A stretch of DNA of 64,000 nt, taken from assembly GCA_964016885.1 (NCBI GenBank), contig OZ024741.1, positions 144,212,001-144,276,000 on the forward strand. Reading direction: 5' to 3'. The notes under the pieces were generated by a model, which was not told where the DNA came from, did no database searches, and saw only the letters and a program-made list of their open reading frames with translations. Positions within the stretch are counted from its first letter, which is position 1; every line of letters starts with the position of its first letter. This DNA is from Eledone cirrhosa (taxonomy: Eukaryota). Shown here one piece after another: positions 27,624 through 40,911 of this stretch. Both the position numbers and the translations under genes were made by a program.

Positions 27624-29581
27624 ATGGATGACTCAGATTCACTCCTTCCTCACAATCCAACACCTCACACCGACACCTCCATTGTAAACATTGCTACGTT
27701 TGCCAACACTGGAATTGTAAGCAGTAGCAATATTTTAAATTTGTCTCAGGCAAACGTTCATTTCCCGCCATTACCAATGACTGCAGGTGTTAAAGCCGCC
27801 ACCACCACCACCACCACCGCGACAACTCCCACCCGCACCACCAGCACAGCGACAACAGAAACAAAAGAAAAAAATAAATTAACTCGTGATATCGAAATGA
27901 ATTCAACCAAAATGAACTCTTCCACACCGAACACCACTGACGCCACCACCACCACAACTGAAACTAAAATTAACAATAGCAAAAATAACGATAACAACAA
28001 CAGCAACAATGAAATTAAGAAAACTACCCTGAGTTTTGCCAGAGTAGCAAAAACGTGCGAAGCGATCCAGGTAACTCAGGAGGAATTAGAAGAAGCCAAA
28101 GGAATGGTAAAGAAAGATGGGTACAGGGTCAGCCTCACCCCCCACCTAATAAAATGGAGCAACGTCGCCTATGCACCGTGTCTTATCGGACAATTAACAT
28201 AAAATCGCGCCGAGTGGAACGGGCATCCGAGTCCCAAATCCAAAAAGCTTTGGGATATGTGTGGGCAAAATAAAACCCACATCAGACGTGGGCAGAAGTA
28301 TGGAACCGTGGACGTGTTCTTTGAAACACCACAGGAGGCCAGAGAACACTCCATGGCCCCATTAAGAAGTGACGACTTCACACTCATCCCAAGCTATTGT
28401 GGCCAGAGACTTGTGAAGATCAGGGTGACCCACGTTCCAGCGGCCATCGAAATTCCCTGGCTAATGGCTGCCGTCCTCGCCGGCATCGAGGCCAACATCA
28501 AAATAATAGAAATAGCAAAAGAAAAGCAGGGGAACTGGTCCGGATCTGGGATGGAGCTCCTGATCCAAGCGGACCATAAAAGCATTGAGGAGATCCCAGA
28601 GATAATAGACCTCACTGACGGCAGCCACCTCATCGTAATCGTCGAAGGCAGAAGACATAGGTGTGTCGTTTGTGGTGAAGGAACCCACCTAAGGGCTTTT
28701 TGCCCTCAGGCTAAAAGGTTGAGGCCACCTCTCCTACCCACCCCAGTGACTCAACCATCAACACCACCAGCATCAGAAATGGCAGCAACAACTGTAGCAG
28801 CAACAGCAGAAGCAACTGTAACAGCAACAACCCCAGCAACAGTAGAAAAACCAACACCACCACCACCAAACGCCCCAGAACTAGCACCAGCGCCTACACC
28901 ATCCACCACGCCACAACCAAAACCAACGCCTGTGGAGGATTTTCCACTCCCCGGCTTATCGCAACTGGAGACAGATTGTGACGACGAGGAGTGGGAAACG
29001 GTATCAGGAAAAAAGAAAAAAAGAAACCAAAAAAGAAAAAAAATTCTCTTCCCTCCCCCTCCAAAAACCAAATACAGAGGGAAACAAATAAATTAGCAAA
29101 AAAGAAAGTTAAGACAGATATGCCACCATCCACACCAGCATCACCAACCCCATCACCACAAACACCAACACCATCACCATCATTAACCCCAACACCACCA
29201 TCACCAACACCACAAAAGTCACCAAAAAGCGTAACAGAAACAAACCCACAACAAACGCAAACAAAACAAAGCAATCAAAACGATACACATTACACAGCAT
29301 TAAATTTGAACAACAACCAATTATTACACTACATGCAACACAACACCAGCATCACAGAAAAAGACTACACAACAACCCAAAAGTTCACACCACCTCCAAA
29401 CATACAAATCACTCGCATCACACAGAAAATGTACATGACACTAAAACAAAAATTCCCCAAAGACATCGGAGACTTCCGACAAACACTCTCCAGGAGGATT
29501 TATAAGGACATCCTTCCGGAGGAGGCCACAAGCAGTGAAAAGGATGGACACACCATCCTTCCTCTACGAGAAGTAAGGTAA
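27624..29581 (+). pseudogene. Tx1/L1 ORF1 (Gag-like, CVVCGEGTHLRAFC knuckle, WETVSGKKK), frameshifted
   Basis: ORF pieces 27624-28202, 28257-29096 and 28991-29581; homologous to 37676-38455. Confidence 0.75.
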
Positions 29582-29615
29582 GTGGTCTTTCCCATCTTTT
29601 CCACTCCATTTCAAC

Positions 29616-32600
29616 ATGACCTCACTCAGAATAGGAAGCATAAATGCGCGTGGCTTGGGGTCATCATGGAAGCAGGGCCACCTGCTCAACGACCTCAGGT
29701 CACTAAACATAGATGTAGTGGCCATCAGCGAGACCAAAATCTCCGAAGCACGGGCCTTCGCACCGATCTTCGGCGGCTACGATGTGTACGCATCTCCCAG
29801 CCGTCCGGAATCGGGGGGAGGAGTTGCTGTGTTTTTTCGGAGAGGTTTGGATCTCGCCATACGGGCCATCTTCCTGGACCGAGAGGGTAAGTTGGTGGTG
29901 CTGGACGTGACCAGAGGAGACGGGCAAGCTTTCAGGCTAGTGGCCGTCTATGCCCCGACAGGAGCAGGGCGGCCTGATTTCTTCCGGCGTCTGGAGACCT
30001 TTCTTGGAACATCCCGCTCTTTAGTGTTAGTGGGCGACTGGAACGGGATCTTAGATGCACGCTGGGACTGTGTGGGATTAGCGGATAGGGGAGGAGCGTG
30101 CAAGAGCCTCACCAACCTGCTCAGGCGTTTTGAACTATCTGACAGGTACCGATTGGATTTCCCGAATGTGCCAATGTGGACTTGGACAAATCGCACAGGG
30201 TCATCCAGATCATATCTAGATAGAGTATTTTGTAGGGAAATAGATAGGTCTAGCATAGGCTGTCCACAATTCAAGATAGTCAGCTACACGGACCACAAAT
30301 TCGTGATCTGTGTGCTTGACTTAGATAGGCTTCATAGACGAGGACCCGGCTACTGGAAGCTAAACGCCTTCTTACCAGCGCGCAAGGCCTACAGGGACCG
30401 GATTAGCGAACTAGTTAAGCGGGCGTTGACAGGGGCCATCGTCAACAACAAGTGGTGGTTTGCTCTGAAAAGAGCGATTAGAATAGAGTCCATTAGGTTT
30501 AGTAAGGCTTTAGCAATAGGGAAAAATAGAGCAGATGGAGAACTAGTTAGAAAATTAGACGAGGCGCTTAGCAAAGGCATCGCGACCGAAGTGCTTGCAG
30601 CGAAATTGGCCCTTGACCAATTCTTCAATGCAAAGCACGAAGGCTGCGTTGTCAGAGCTAGGGTGCGTGCTCTCAGACACGAGGGGACGAAAGCCATTCA
30701 ATGAGCCCGAGTGGCGGAGGCGCGTCGTGGCATAAAGCCACGATCCGGTCTTTGGTGGACCACGACGGGCGCATGCTACTTGATCCCGGGCAAATGTGTG
30801 AAGCTTTTCAGCGACACTTCGCTCAGCTGTTCGGGGGCAGCGGTGGGCCGGCTCGAGGGATGGATTTAGTGTCTACCTCGACGGACTGACGCGGCTCTCG
30901 GCCACTTAGGCGGAGTGTTGCGAAAAGCCGATAACAGCCGCTGAAATACGGGAGGCAATGACTGGCGGCACAAGGGGTAAATTGCCTGGTTTGGATGGTC
31001 TGCCCTATGAACTTTACCTACAGATGCTAGACTTGTTCGGAGGCCTATTGGCGGACGTCTACTGCAACAGAACGGGAGAATTCCCAGCTCTGTGAGCCGA
31101 GGAGCTGTGGCGCTGCTGAGAAAGGATCCGGATAAGGGGGATAACATTGATAATTTCAGGCCCATAACTCTGCTAAACACAGAGTTCAAGATTTTGGCCA
31201 AGGTGCTAGCAAAGAGGTTGACGATTGTCATTGGTGGTCTGGTGGGAGAGGCGCAGACAAGCGCCATTCCAGACAGATCCACCCACGACAACCTCCACCT
31301 CATGCGATACATCGTAGAGAGGGTAGCTAGGGAACCTGGCACGGGTGGGTCTTTGATCAATTTAGATCAGTCGAAAGCTTTCGATTGGGTCGACCATCGT
31401 TACCTAGCGGCAGTCCTGAGGGCGGCTGGCTTTGGGCCCGTCTTCAGAGGCTGGATCGCTGCCATGCACAGCGACATCTGCTCTGTGGTGAGAGTGAACG
31501 GTCACCTTTCGGAACCGTTCAACATCATGCGCTCGGTCCGCCAAGGATGTCCCCTCTCGTCCCTCTTGTACGTATTGACTCTCGAGCAATTACTGCACAA
31601 ACTGGAGACCTTGAGGGGCGTCCGGCGCGAACTAGGATGCGGAAGATCCGTGTCAGCATATGCGGATGATGTCAGCGTAGTGGTGTCGAACGCCAAACAC
31701 ATCGAGGCGATCAACACTACATTAAGAGAATACGAAGCGGTGACAGGAGCAATGATCAACCATGAAAAGTCAGTGGGCCTGCAGCTCGGCATCTGGAGAG
31801 ACAGGTTCATGCCGTCCAACAGCGTCGTCGGACGCTGGACGGACGGACCGGCTAAATTGTTAGGGGTCTGGTTCGGTCCGGACCTCCAGACGGACAAAAA
31901 CTGGGACGAGGTGACGAGCAGGGTGGCTTCTCTCACCCAGAAATGGGCCGAGAGCAAGCTATCCCTGAAAGGTCGAGCGGAGGTGGCTAACGCGTACATC
32001 GCGTCTGTCATCTGCAACCGCCTGACCGTCGTACCTTGTCCTAAGCCACACCTGACTGCGCTGGAGCGTTTGCTCTTTCGCTTTTTGTGGAAGGGACGCG
32101 CTCCGATGGTCAGGCGGTCCATCTGTTGTCAACACCTGCTACGTGGAGGGCTGGGCATGCCGTGGCTGATGATGCGCAGACACGCGCTCAGGCTACGACA
32201 TCTCCACCTCTTCCTCGACGGTGATCAGGTGTGGTCGCCGTTTGCTAGACACGTATTTCCCCAGCTCGTTTCCTTGGCGGAGCTGCAGTCCTGGGTCAAG
32301 CGAAGACCGAGAGGGAGCGCCTGGAGACTGGAATGTCTTCAGGCGCTCATAGCCCTCGACCAATCGGGCAATGTGATCGGTGGAAACTCCACCTCGGCGT
32401 TCTATAGAGGATTAGTGGAGGGGAAGAGCGACGACGTACTTGGGGAAACTCTAGGCGTCGACGAAAATCAACTAGCCAATCTCTTCGGAAGAACTTTCGG
32501 GCCGGGGCCTATGGACAACTTCCAGAAATCTCTGGCCTGGCAGTGCTACCGAGGAGACTTGCCAGTTCGAGATAAACTCTACAGGCATGGAGGTGCTATC

Positions 32601-33020
32601 AGCCGGGCATGTCCGAGATGCGCGCAGGGCGACGAAACCGTCCTGCACGCACTCGTCCAGTGTCCGAAAATTGCTGACTAGTGGGTTTATGTCGAACACC
32701 TGCTGTCGCGTGTAGGACGGATCCGGCTATCATCTGAGTCCATCGTGAGGATTGCCCCGCCCTCTTCCTTTAGCCGGGAAGGGCAGGCAGTTTTTATCTG
32801 TCTGGTGGCCATGGCGAAAGAGATAGTATGGTGGATACGTTTGAAAGGGCTGAAGACGAGCACTTACCTCTTCGGTGATGCCCTGATTGACTTTTTCAAA
32901 TTTCATTTGAAAAGTAAAATCAGGGTAGAAAGGGAAGTGCTCTCTTCCCAGCATTTTGTTGAAAGATGGGTGAGAGAGGCAAGAATGGCCCGAGTATGTG
33001 TCTGTAAATTAAAGGTGGAA
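29616..33020 (+). pseudogene. Tx1/L1 ORF2 (APE endonuclease, RT, C-terminal CxxC..H..C), disrupted
   Basis: INARGL, ISETK, VYAP, VGDWN, TDHK, GYWKLN, FRPITLLN, LDQSKAFD, VRQGCPLS, AYADD and CPRC..ETVLHALVQC are present. Confidence 0.93.
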
Positions 33021-33237
33021 AACTGGGAGGTCAGGGTCACTGTGGCTTTTTAATGGGCTTTCTCCACGAATGTCCCTCGGAAGTCTCCCCCCTATTGGGG
33101 AATTTTTTCATCGTTCTATTATTACATCCTCTGTTTCTTGTTTTTTTACACGCAGAAATGCCCATTTGTAGCGCCCTGTATTGTCCTGTACTGTCCTTAA
33201 TATCTACTTTATGTAAACACTTGTGGTTAATAAAGAA

Positions 33238-33267
<30 letters not shown>

Positions 33268-33268
<1 letters not shown>

Positions 33269-36200
33269 TTATTCTTTGAGTCTCAGTCATTGATGTTAGT
33301 TAACTGGAAAGTTTGTTGAGATGAATATCAAGCCACTACCTGCAGCCTCAGATATTCAGGACGTATCGGAGGGTTCTTGCTGTTCCCAGCAAGCATGCCT
33401 TTTGAAGCGTTCCAAAAAGCGTGAAGGGGCCAATTTTCTTTAACCATCCCTGGAAACTTTTTGAGATAGTCCCTAGTGCGCCTATGACAATCGGGATCAC
33501 TTTGACTTCATTGGCAGTTCCAAATCCTTTTTACCTCCCACTTTAAGTCCTGGTATCGGTTAATTTTCTCCCTCTCCTTCTCTTGAACTCTCTTGTCGAA
33601 TGGGCAGGCCACATCCACAATCAGGCACGATCTTTTTTCTTTGTCCAAAACCACCAGGTCAGGTCTATTGTGTTCCAGTTTCTTGTCCGTCTGTATCCTA
33701 AAATCCCACAGCACCTTCACCTGATCGTTTTCTATCACCGCCTCTGGCTTATGCTCATACCACTTCTCAGAATGTGGTAAATTGTTTACTTTGCATAGGT
33801 GCCAGTGGATCACCCTGCCCATTACATCATGTCTCCAGCCCTTATAGTGAGTCTGGGCTAGGTGTTTACACTCGGATACAATGTGAGCCACAGTCTCCTC
33901 TCTCTCTACACAGATCCTGCACAGTGGGCTAGCCTCCTCCTTGTAAATGTGGTGTTTCAACCACTTCGTTTTGAGGGCCTGCTCCTGCGCAGCCATTAAC
34001 ATTCCTTCTGTAGCCTTTTTAAGGTCTCCTCTTTTCAACCAGTTCCATGTCTGTGGATCTCTAAATTCAGTTTTCTCAAAGAAGGTACTATGAAGGGATT
34101 TTTCCTGAAGGCTGCTCTTTCTCCTTGATGTTATTTCCTCCTTGGACATCCCCTGGCCTATTGTCCCCTCCTTCAGTACAGTTCTGAGCATTATTATTAT
34201 TATTATTATTATACACCTGATCGTTTTCTATCACCGACTCTGGCTTATGCTCATACCACTTCTCAGAATGTTGTAAATTGTTTACTTTGCATAGGTGCCA
34301 GTGGATCACCCTGCCCATCACATCATGTCTCCAGCCTTTATAGTGAGTCTGGGCTAGGTGTTTACACTCGGGATACAATGTGAGCCACAGTCTCCTCTCT
34401 CTCCACAGATCCTACACAGTGGGCTAGCCTCCTCCTTGTAAATATGGTGTTTCACCCACTTCCTTTTCACGGCCTTTTTTCAACCAGTTCCATGTCGGTG
34501 GATCTCTAAATTCATTTTTCTCAAAGAAGGTACTATGAAGGGATTTTTCATAGTACAATTCTGAGCATTTGCTCCCTACTATCAGTCACGTATTTGTGTA
34601 GGTTGTTTTTCTCCATCTGAACAGAGTCCTCTAAGCTGATAAAACCTCTTCCACCTTTAGATCTCCTTAAGTAGAGTCTATCGACATCACTCCTTTTGTG
34701 GAACATGTTGTAGATAGTCAATAGCTTCCTAGTCTTTCTATCCATTTCTTTTTGTTCAGCAACATTCCATCTCAGAATTCCCGCACTGTACCTAATAATA
34801 GACATAGCTCGGGAATTTACTGCACTTATGGCATTCCTACTGTTCAGATGTGACTTTAATCCGCTCCTTACTCTCCGAATGTATTCAGATCTTATCAATT
34901 CCTTCATTTTTTTGTTCTTGATGTCATCAGCCTCCAGAACACCTAAATAATTGTATCCCTCTTCAGTATCAATTTCCTTTATCATATCACCTGTTAGTAT
35001 CTGGATTCTGTCTGCTCAATTTACCCCTCTTCATCACAAGGACTCCACACTTACTAATACCAAATTGCATACATATATCATTGCTGAAAATACGGACAGT
35101 GTCAACAAGCACATCCAACTCCTTCTCACTCTTCCCGAAGAGCTTAAGATCCTCCATGAAGAGGAGGTGATTGATGGTAAGCTCTCCCTTTCCCAACTTG
35201 TATCCTGCTCTCACTTTTCGCAGTACAATGGTCAGGGGGATCAGGGCAAGGACAAACAACAGAGGGAACAAACTATCTCCCTGGAAGATACCTCTCTTGA
35301 TCCTCACGCCTCCCAAGGATTCTCCGCCCGATGTTAACTCTGTTTTCCAGGACTTCATACTTTTGCTCAACAACTGTCTGATGTTATCTGCCACCCTGAA
35401 GATCTCTAGGCTTTTGGTTATCCAAGAATTAGGTACCATGTCGAATGCCTTTTTGTAGTCTATCCATCCCATGGCAAGACCATTGTGTCTCCTCCTGCAA
35501 TTCCTCATTACCATCTTATCAATAAGTAACTGGTCCTTTGTACTACGGGACTTCTTTCGGCATCCTTTCTGCTCGTCCCGTAACAAGTTGTTTATGTGGA
35601 GGTGATGGTAGATTTCCTCAGACACAATGCTTTTTAACAGTTTCCACATTACGGACAGACATGTGATAGGTCTATAGTTGGTAACATCATTACCCTTGAT
35701 TCGGTCTTTCATTACCAGAACTGTGGTACCTTTTGTCAACCACTCTGGTACCTCACCTGACATCAAGCAGTCATTGGACATGGTTGTCAGTTTCGGGTGG
35801 AAGGATGTTATATTTTTAATCCAATACCCCTGTACACCATCTGGGCCTGGTGATTTCCAGTTGGTTAGTTTTCTGGCCTGCCCCTTAAGAGTTTCAACTG
35901 TGATACTCAAATCAGTTTGTTGGTGTGCCTGTTCACTAATCTCCTTTTGTACTGTCTCAATCCACACTGCCTGATCATTATGTTCAACATCCTGCTCCCA
36001 TATTGCTCTCCAGAATGTCTTAGTTTGTTCCGCCTCAGGGATCAAGTCGTTGCCTCTTTCTTTCCCTTCAAGATGTCCAAACAACATCTTCTGGTTGTTG
36101 TCAAACATGCGGTTCTGTCTATACTGACTGACTCTGCTCTCGTATCGCCTAATCTTTGCGCTCTTTGCTACAATGCGTTGCTTCAGTTCCTTTATTTAGC

Positions 36201-37240
36201 TTTTTCCTCCTAGTTTTGTACTTTATTTCCAGTCTAATTTTAGTGTCTATGTTTTGTTGTGTCCCATTCAGTAGGGACTCAAGCTTTCCAATGTCATTTC
36301 TCATTTCCCTGATTTGACCATTCAGTCGTTTCTTCCACCAAGGTTCTGATCTTTCTTGTTTGTTGATTCCTCTCGCTTTTATGCCAAGTAATTTCCTCAC
36401 CGCACTTGCTGTTGCTTTGAGGATATTGTTGCACTGGTGAAGGCTCCTCGCCTCAAGGTATGGGATGACTTTGTTAACCTTAGCTGGTGTTTCTTTTAAC
36501 CTTTTCCTGTCTACAAATCTTACGTTCATAGGTTTCCCACTATTATTGTTCATTTCATCTACCACTAAGTTCAGGATATCAACCATATGTTGTCCTAGCC
36601 CGTCAGCATTCATTTCCTCTATGGCCGTATCTTTGTTCCAGGTATTATTTATTTCAGCACTCAGATCATTGTCTGCTTCGGGTGGTTCCTCCGTTCTCTC
36701 AACCTCTTCACCTTCATCTCCCACTGGCTCGGTTGCCTGGCATACTCCACTCTCCATTTCCAATCTAATCTCTCTGCTGAGTTCCTCCAGTTCCAGCTCG
36801 CTTATCCACCCATTAGTTCTTATTACCCGAGCCTGCCCGGCCAATTTTTGTTCATCTAATTTAAATAGACCAGTCTCGTTCCAGATGTTATGCATCCGTT
36901 TCCTATAGCTTTTTCCCTTGGGGTTACTCTTCATGTAACATTGCATAACAGTTCTATTCAATTCTTTCGTCCAGTTGGTTCTGGTCCCTTTCCTTCTTCT
37001 TCTTCCTCCAACACTAACAGTATTTGGATGACAGCCAGGTCCCTGCTGCTGGGCCAGGGAGCACCTGCTGGGTGAGAGTCTGTCACATGACATTCCAGTC
37101 TCCACTTGAACGTTATTCTAACTGTTTAGGTTCGACATTTAAACACTCATATCGAGGATTGGTGAATGTATAGTTACATAACCACCGGTGATTTGATCAC
37201 CCCCGGTGATTTTAGCATGGCACTATCACGCTGTAGACGA
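33268..37240 (-). mobile_element. Near full-length R4/Dong-clade element (RT plus restriction-like endonuclease) with (AAT)n tail, disrupted
   Basis: WKSPGPDG, NYRPITCL, WIDYKKAFD, GIFQGDSL, HLLFMEDLK, YNYLG, CRIC..ETVAHIVSEC, RHD and NRPDLVV are present. Confidence 0.93.
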
Positions 37241-37267
37241 ACATAAATAAACAAACAAACAAATAGG

Positions 37268-37300
<33 letters not shown>

Positions 37301-37499
37301 GCATAAGTTTCATTGTAATGTAATGTTTGAATGTCTGACTTACTTTTTTTTGGTGTTTGTTTTTCTTTTCTTTTTTCTTTTCTTTACGTTTTTCGTTGCT
37401 GCTGTGCTGTTTTGATTTTGCTTTTTGCTTTTTTGATTTTATATCTTTATCTCTTTTGATGCCTTCCCCATTTAGTGGGAATACTACGATCCCTGTCTT

Positions 37500-38990
37500 A
37501 GCAGAAGGTAGTGGGAGAGAATAGCGGCGGTAGCGATAATGAGGCAGTGGTGGTGGTGGTGATGTGCTAGTAGTACTTAGCAGTAGAGACCAGTAGCGGC
37601 AGCAATAGTGGGGTTGCTGAAAAAGGGACCACTTCTTTTGCAGGTGTCGCCCGAAATATCGAGACAGAGGAGGAGATGGCAGTCGCAAGGGCCATGGTGA
37701 CAAGAAGCGCAAATAGAGTTTCCCTGAAACCTCCACCCGATTTTTTCAAGGACCAGCAGCTACGGACGGTGACTTACCGCACCGTAAGCAAAATCTCACA
37801 TCGAGCGGAGAGAGCCACGGAGGCTCAAATCCAAAAGGCCTTGGGGTGCGTCTGGGCACGCAAAACCCACATCACCCGAGGCAGAAAGTACGCCACAGTA
37901 GACATACTTTTCGCTACCCCCCAGGAAGCAAAGTCTCACTCTTTGGAAACCCTAAAGAGTGAGGAGATAGTCTTGGTGCCCTCCTACTGCGGGCAGAAAA
38001 TTGTGAGGGTCAAAGTGACCCAGGTCCCACCCGACGTGCCCATACCTTGGCTGGCCGTGTCTGTCCTTGCTGGAATCGAGAACAGGGCGACCATGCTGCA
38101 AGTAGAACAAATAGGGAGAGAGAACTGGTCAGGTATAGGCATGCAAATGCTTATACAAACTGACCAGGAATGTATCGACGCTATCCCCGATATCATAGAC
38201 ATCGAGGAAGGACTCCAACTCCCTATAAGTGTAGAAGGAAGACGGCCAAAATGTTATCTCTATGGATCGAAGGGTCACCTCAGGGCCTTTTTCCCGCAGA
38301 AGACAGCGAAGAAGGCCCCTCTCCTTCCAATACCTGGTCCGCTGCTACCAAGAGCAGGGCAGGCAACAAACGAAGAAGCCCCTTCCACAGTGAGTAGGAG
38401 GGCAACGTCCGTAGCACCCGTACCAAGGCCACGGACAACTAAAGCAGCATCATGAGTAGCGGCAACACCAATAGCTACATTTGAATTAGCTACACCAGCA
38501 ACAAAATTGCCGAAGAGGGCTCCACTACCACCACCCTCAACCGTGGAGCACATACGCCTCCCAGACGCCACAGAATCCGACATGGAGTTTGAGGCGGGAG
38601 TGAAGTGGCAAACGGTCTGCAACAAAAAAGAAAAAAGAAAAAACCCTTAGATTCATCCTCCAAAAGCGAAGGCATACAAAGAGGGGTAAAGGCAGCAAGG
38701 AAACTTGCAGCAACACCACCATCACCACCACAAACACCATCAACGCAAACACAACAAGACACACAGCAACAATGAAAAGCAGAAAAACAGCAGCACCAAA
38801 AAGAACGACAACAACAGCAGTAACAACAGGAGTACATTCGCAGTCACAGCGGCAAACAGTCAAATGCTATACAATTTCGACCTCACAGAAAAAAACTGAA
38901 CCTTTGGCCCAGGCGGAAAAATTATAACAGGAGAAATGACCTGGATCAACTTAAACGTCCTGGCAGCGGCAATGGCAGCAAAGGAGAGGA
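37500..38990 (+). mobile_element. Second, diverged Tx1/L1 ORF1 fragment lacking ORF2
   Basis: ERATEAQIQKALG.VWA.KTHI.RG.KY.TVD..F.TPQEA and PSYCGQ are shared with 28200-28700. Confidence 0.85.
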
Positions 38991-39199
38991 GAACATTGTA
39001 ATATCGATGCATTTCACTTAAATCTCGAAAAGTAATAATAATAATAATACAAGCCGCCAGATGAATGAGACATTCAAGGCCAGGTTACATAGAGTGTTGG
39101 GCTTTACGAGTATCAAATAATGATTAATGATTGAAACAAATAATAGTTATGATTTCTTTATTGGCCACAATAAAAATAATACACAAGAAAAATGTGTCA

Positions 39200-39610
39200 G
39201 GGAATGACAAAGCAACCATACTCTGGGATATACCACTACAAACAGTCTAGGAGATAAAAGCCAATCGACCAGATATTGTGATCAGAATCAACAAAGAAAA
39301 GAAAAGCCTTCTAATTGTTGTATTCATTTTCACAGATGACAATACGTCTATCAAAGAAATGGAGAAATTATCCAAATAGAAAGATCTTCCCGATTGTGTA
39401 AGATAAAATCAGAAACTTCTTATAATAAAATGTGCTCTGGGAATGATATCCTCGGCATACACACACAAAAAAAAACACACACACACACATACACACAAAA
39501 ATACACACACAGACAAAATCCCAGAACTTAAAAATATATATAAACATACAGAAAATAGCACTACTAAGCACTGCATACATATTACAAAGATTACTCAACA
39601 TACAACAGAA
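39200..39610 (+). mobile_element. Degraded R4/Dong-type endonuclease fragment
   Basis: Hand translation gives ILWDIP, KANRPDIVI, SIKEMEKLSK and IQKIALLSTAYIL. Confidence 0.7.
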
Positions 39611-39687
39611 ACATAAAAATTGCACGTATCGAAGGCGCACAGTGCTGTGTTCGGTAATGCAGTAACAGCACGCAAATAAGACTAATG

Positions 39688-39720
<33 letters not shown>

Positions 39721-39739
39721 ATCGATATGTGCTTCTAAT

Positions 39740-39772
<33 letters not shown>

Positions 39773-39971
39773 CGAAGACATACCTATAAGTGTGTATTTT
39801 ACAGCGTAAATGAATGTTTTTATGTTCGTATTTAAGTGTGCGTGTTTGTGTGTGAATATATATACATATATATTCACATATATATACATATATATTCACA
39901 TATATATATAAAAATACACTCACACACACACATTTCTTAATCCATTCTCTCTCTCTCATATATATACTGGT

Positions 39972-40049
39972 ACTTTCGACAGCTAGAGATCCGAACTAAG
40001 CCAGTTCGGATCTAGCTGTCGAAACGGCCGGAGCTCAGCCGTCGCTTTT

Positions 40050-40053
<4 letters not shown>
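39972..40053 (+). mobile_element. Tiny pLTR 3' stub with fold-back (half hammerhead); second copy reversed at 42425-42485
   Basis: tttcgacagctag..atccgaact aagcc agttcggatctagctgtcGAAAcggccg, flanked by (TA)n. Confidence 0.6.
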
Positions 40054-40095
<42 letters not shown>

Positions 40096-40135
40096 AAGGA
40101 AAAGCGAAGTAGTTTCAGATGTTCAAGTCCTTTAA

Positions 40136-40318
40136 TAATTGTTTCTACTTTAGGCACAAGGCCAGCAATTACCCAGTGCATTACTGGTACTTTATTTTAT
40201 CGACCCCGTAAGGATGAAAGGCAAAGTCAACCTCGGCGGGATTTGAACTCAGATCGTAAAGGGACGTAACTATGCTGGAAAGCATGGCGTCCGACTCTCT
40301 ACCGATACTGCCAATCCA
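40136..40318 (-). mobile_element. tRNA-derived SINE inserted into the left arm of the inverted repeat
   Basis: Near-identical reverse complement of 5689-5873, with aataat on both sides. Confidence 0.9.
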
Positions 40319-40327
40319 AATAATAAT

Positions 40328-40401
40328 GCTGTGATATATATTTCAATGACGACACTGGCCACACTGTTCTGTGTGCGAGTGTCGTGTCATCATCAGACAG
40401 C
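40328..40401 (-). ncRNA. Type I hammerhead ribozyme, family B (mirror copy)
   Basis: Reverse complement of 40628-40701 with one substitution. Confidence 0.85.
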
Positions 40402-40627
40402 TTGTTACATAATAAGGTTATGTTTCCGAGGCAATCCAAATTGAATCGACTAATGGTCAATTTCCTTCGGACATGCGCTTGCGCAGACCGGTGGGGGGGG
40501 GGGGGGGGAGGGGGGTGAATTGGTACTCACAAGGGAACGGATGAAAAACCCAAAAGCACGAACTTCATCCGTTCCCATGTCGATTCAATTTGGATTGCCT
40601 CGGAAACATAACCTTATTATGTAACAA

Positions 40628-40701
40628 GCTGTCTGATGATGGCACGACACTCGCACACAGAACAGTGTGGCCAGTGTCGTCATTGAAATATATATCACAG
40701 C
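40628..40701 (+). ncRNA. Type I hammerhead ribozyme, family B
   Basis: gctgt CTGATGA tg..acgacact..agtgtcgt ca tt GAAA tatata TC acagc. Confidence 0.88.
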
Positions 40702-40827
40702 ATTATTATTAAAGGACTTGAACATCTGAAACTACTTCGCTTTTCCTTATTCGATATTTACTCCGTCACTCCTATGTGGAAAAAGTACGTTGAGTGCTTG
40801 AATTGAATTGCATCAATATTTACCCTA

Positions 40828-40909
<82 letters not shown>

Positions 40910-40911
40910 GT

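Larger units (their letters stand above)
27409..33240 (+). mobile_element. Near full-length L1/Tx1-clade non-LTR retrotransposon
   Basis: ORF1 with CCHC knuckle, ORF2 with APE and RT, AATAAA, and (ATT)n on both flanks. Confidence 0.92.
40092..40830. mobile_element. ORF-less inverted pLTR pair carrying two hammerheads
   Basis: Arms 40092-40450 (split by a SINE) and 40579-40752 are reverse complements, with (TA)n on both sides. Confidence 0.8.

Noticed and set aside
30700-32681. Programmed readthrough or frameshift in Tx1 ORF2
   Set aside because: The stops and shifts are scattered and look like ordinary decay (for example TGG to TGA).
37140-37240. HDV-like ribozyme at the Dong 5' end (tcctcg on the minus strand)
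   Set aside because: I could not assemble P1-P4 by hand; it needs a descriptor search.
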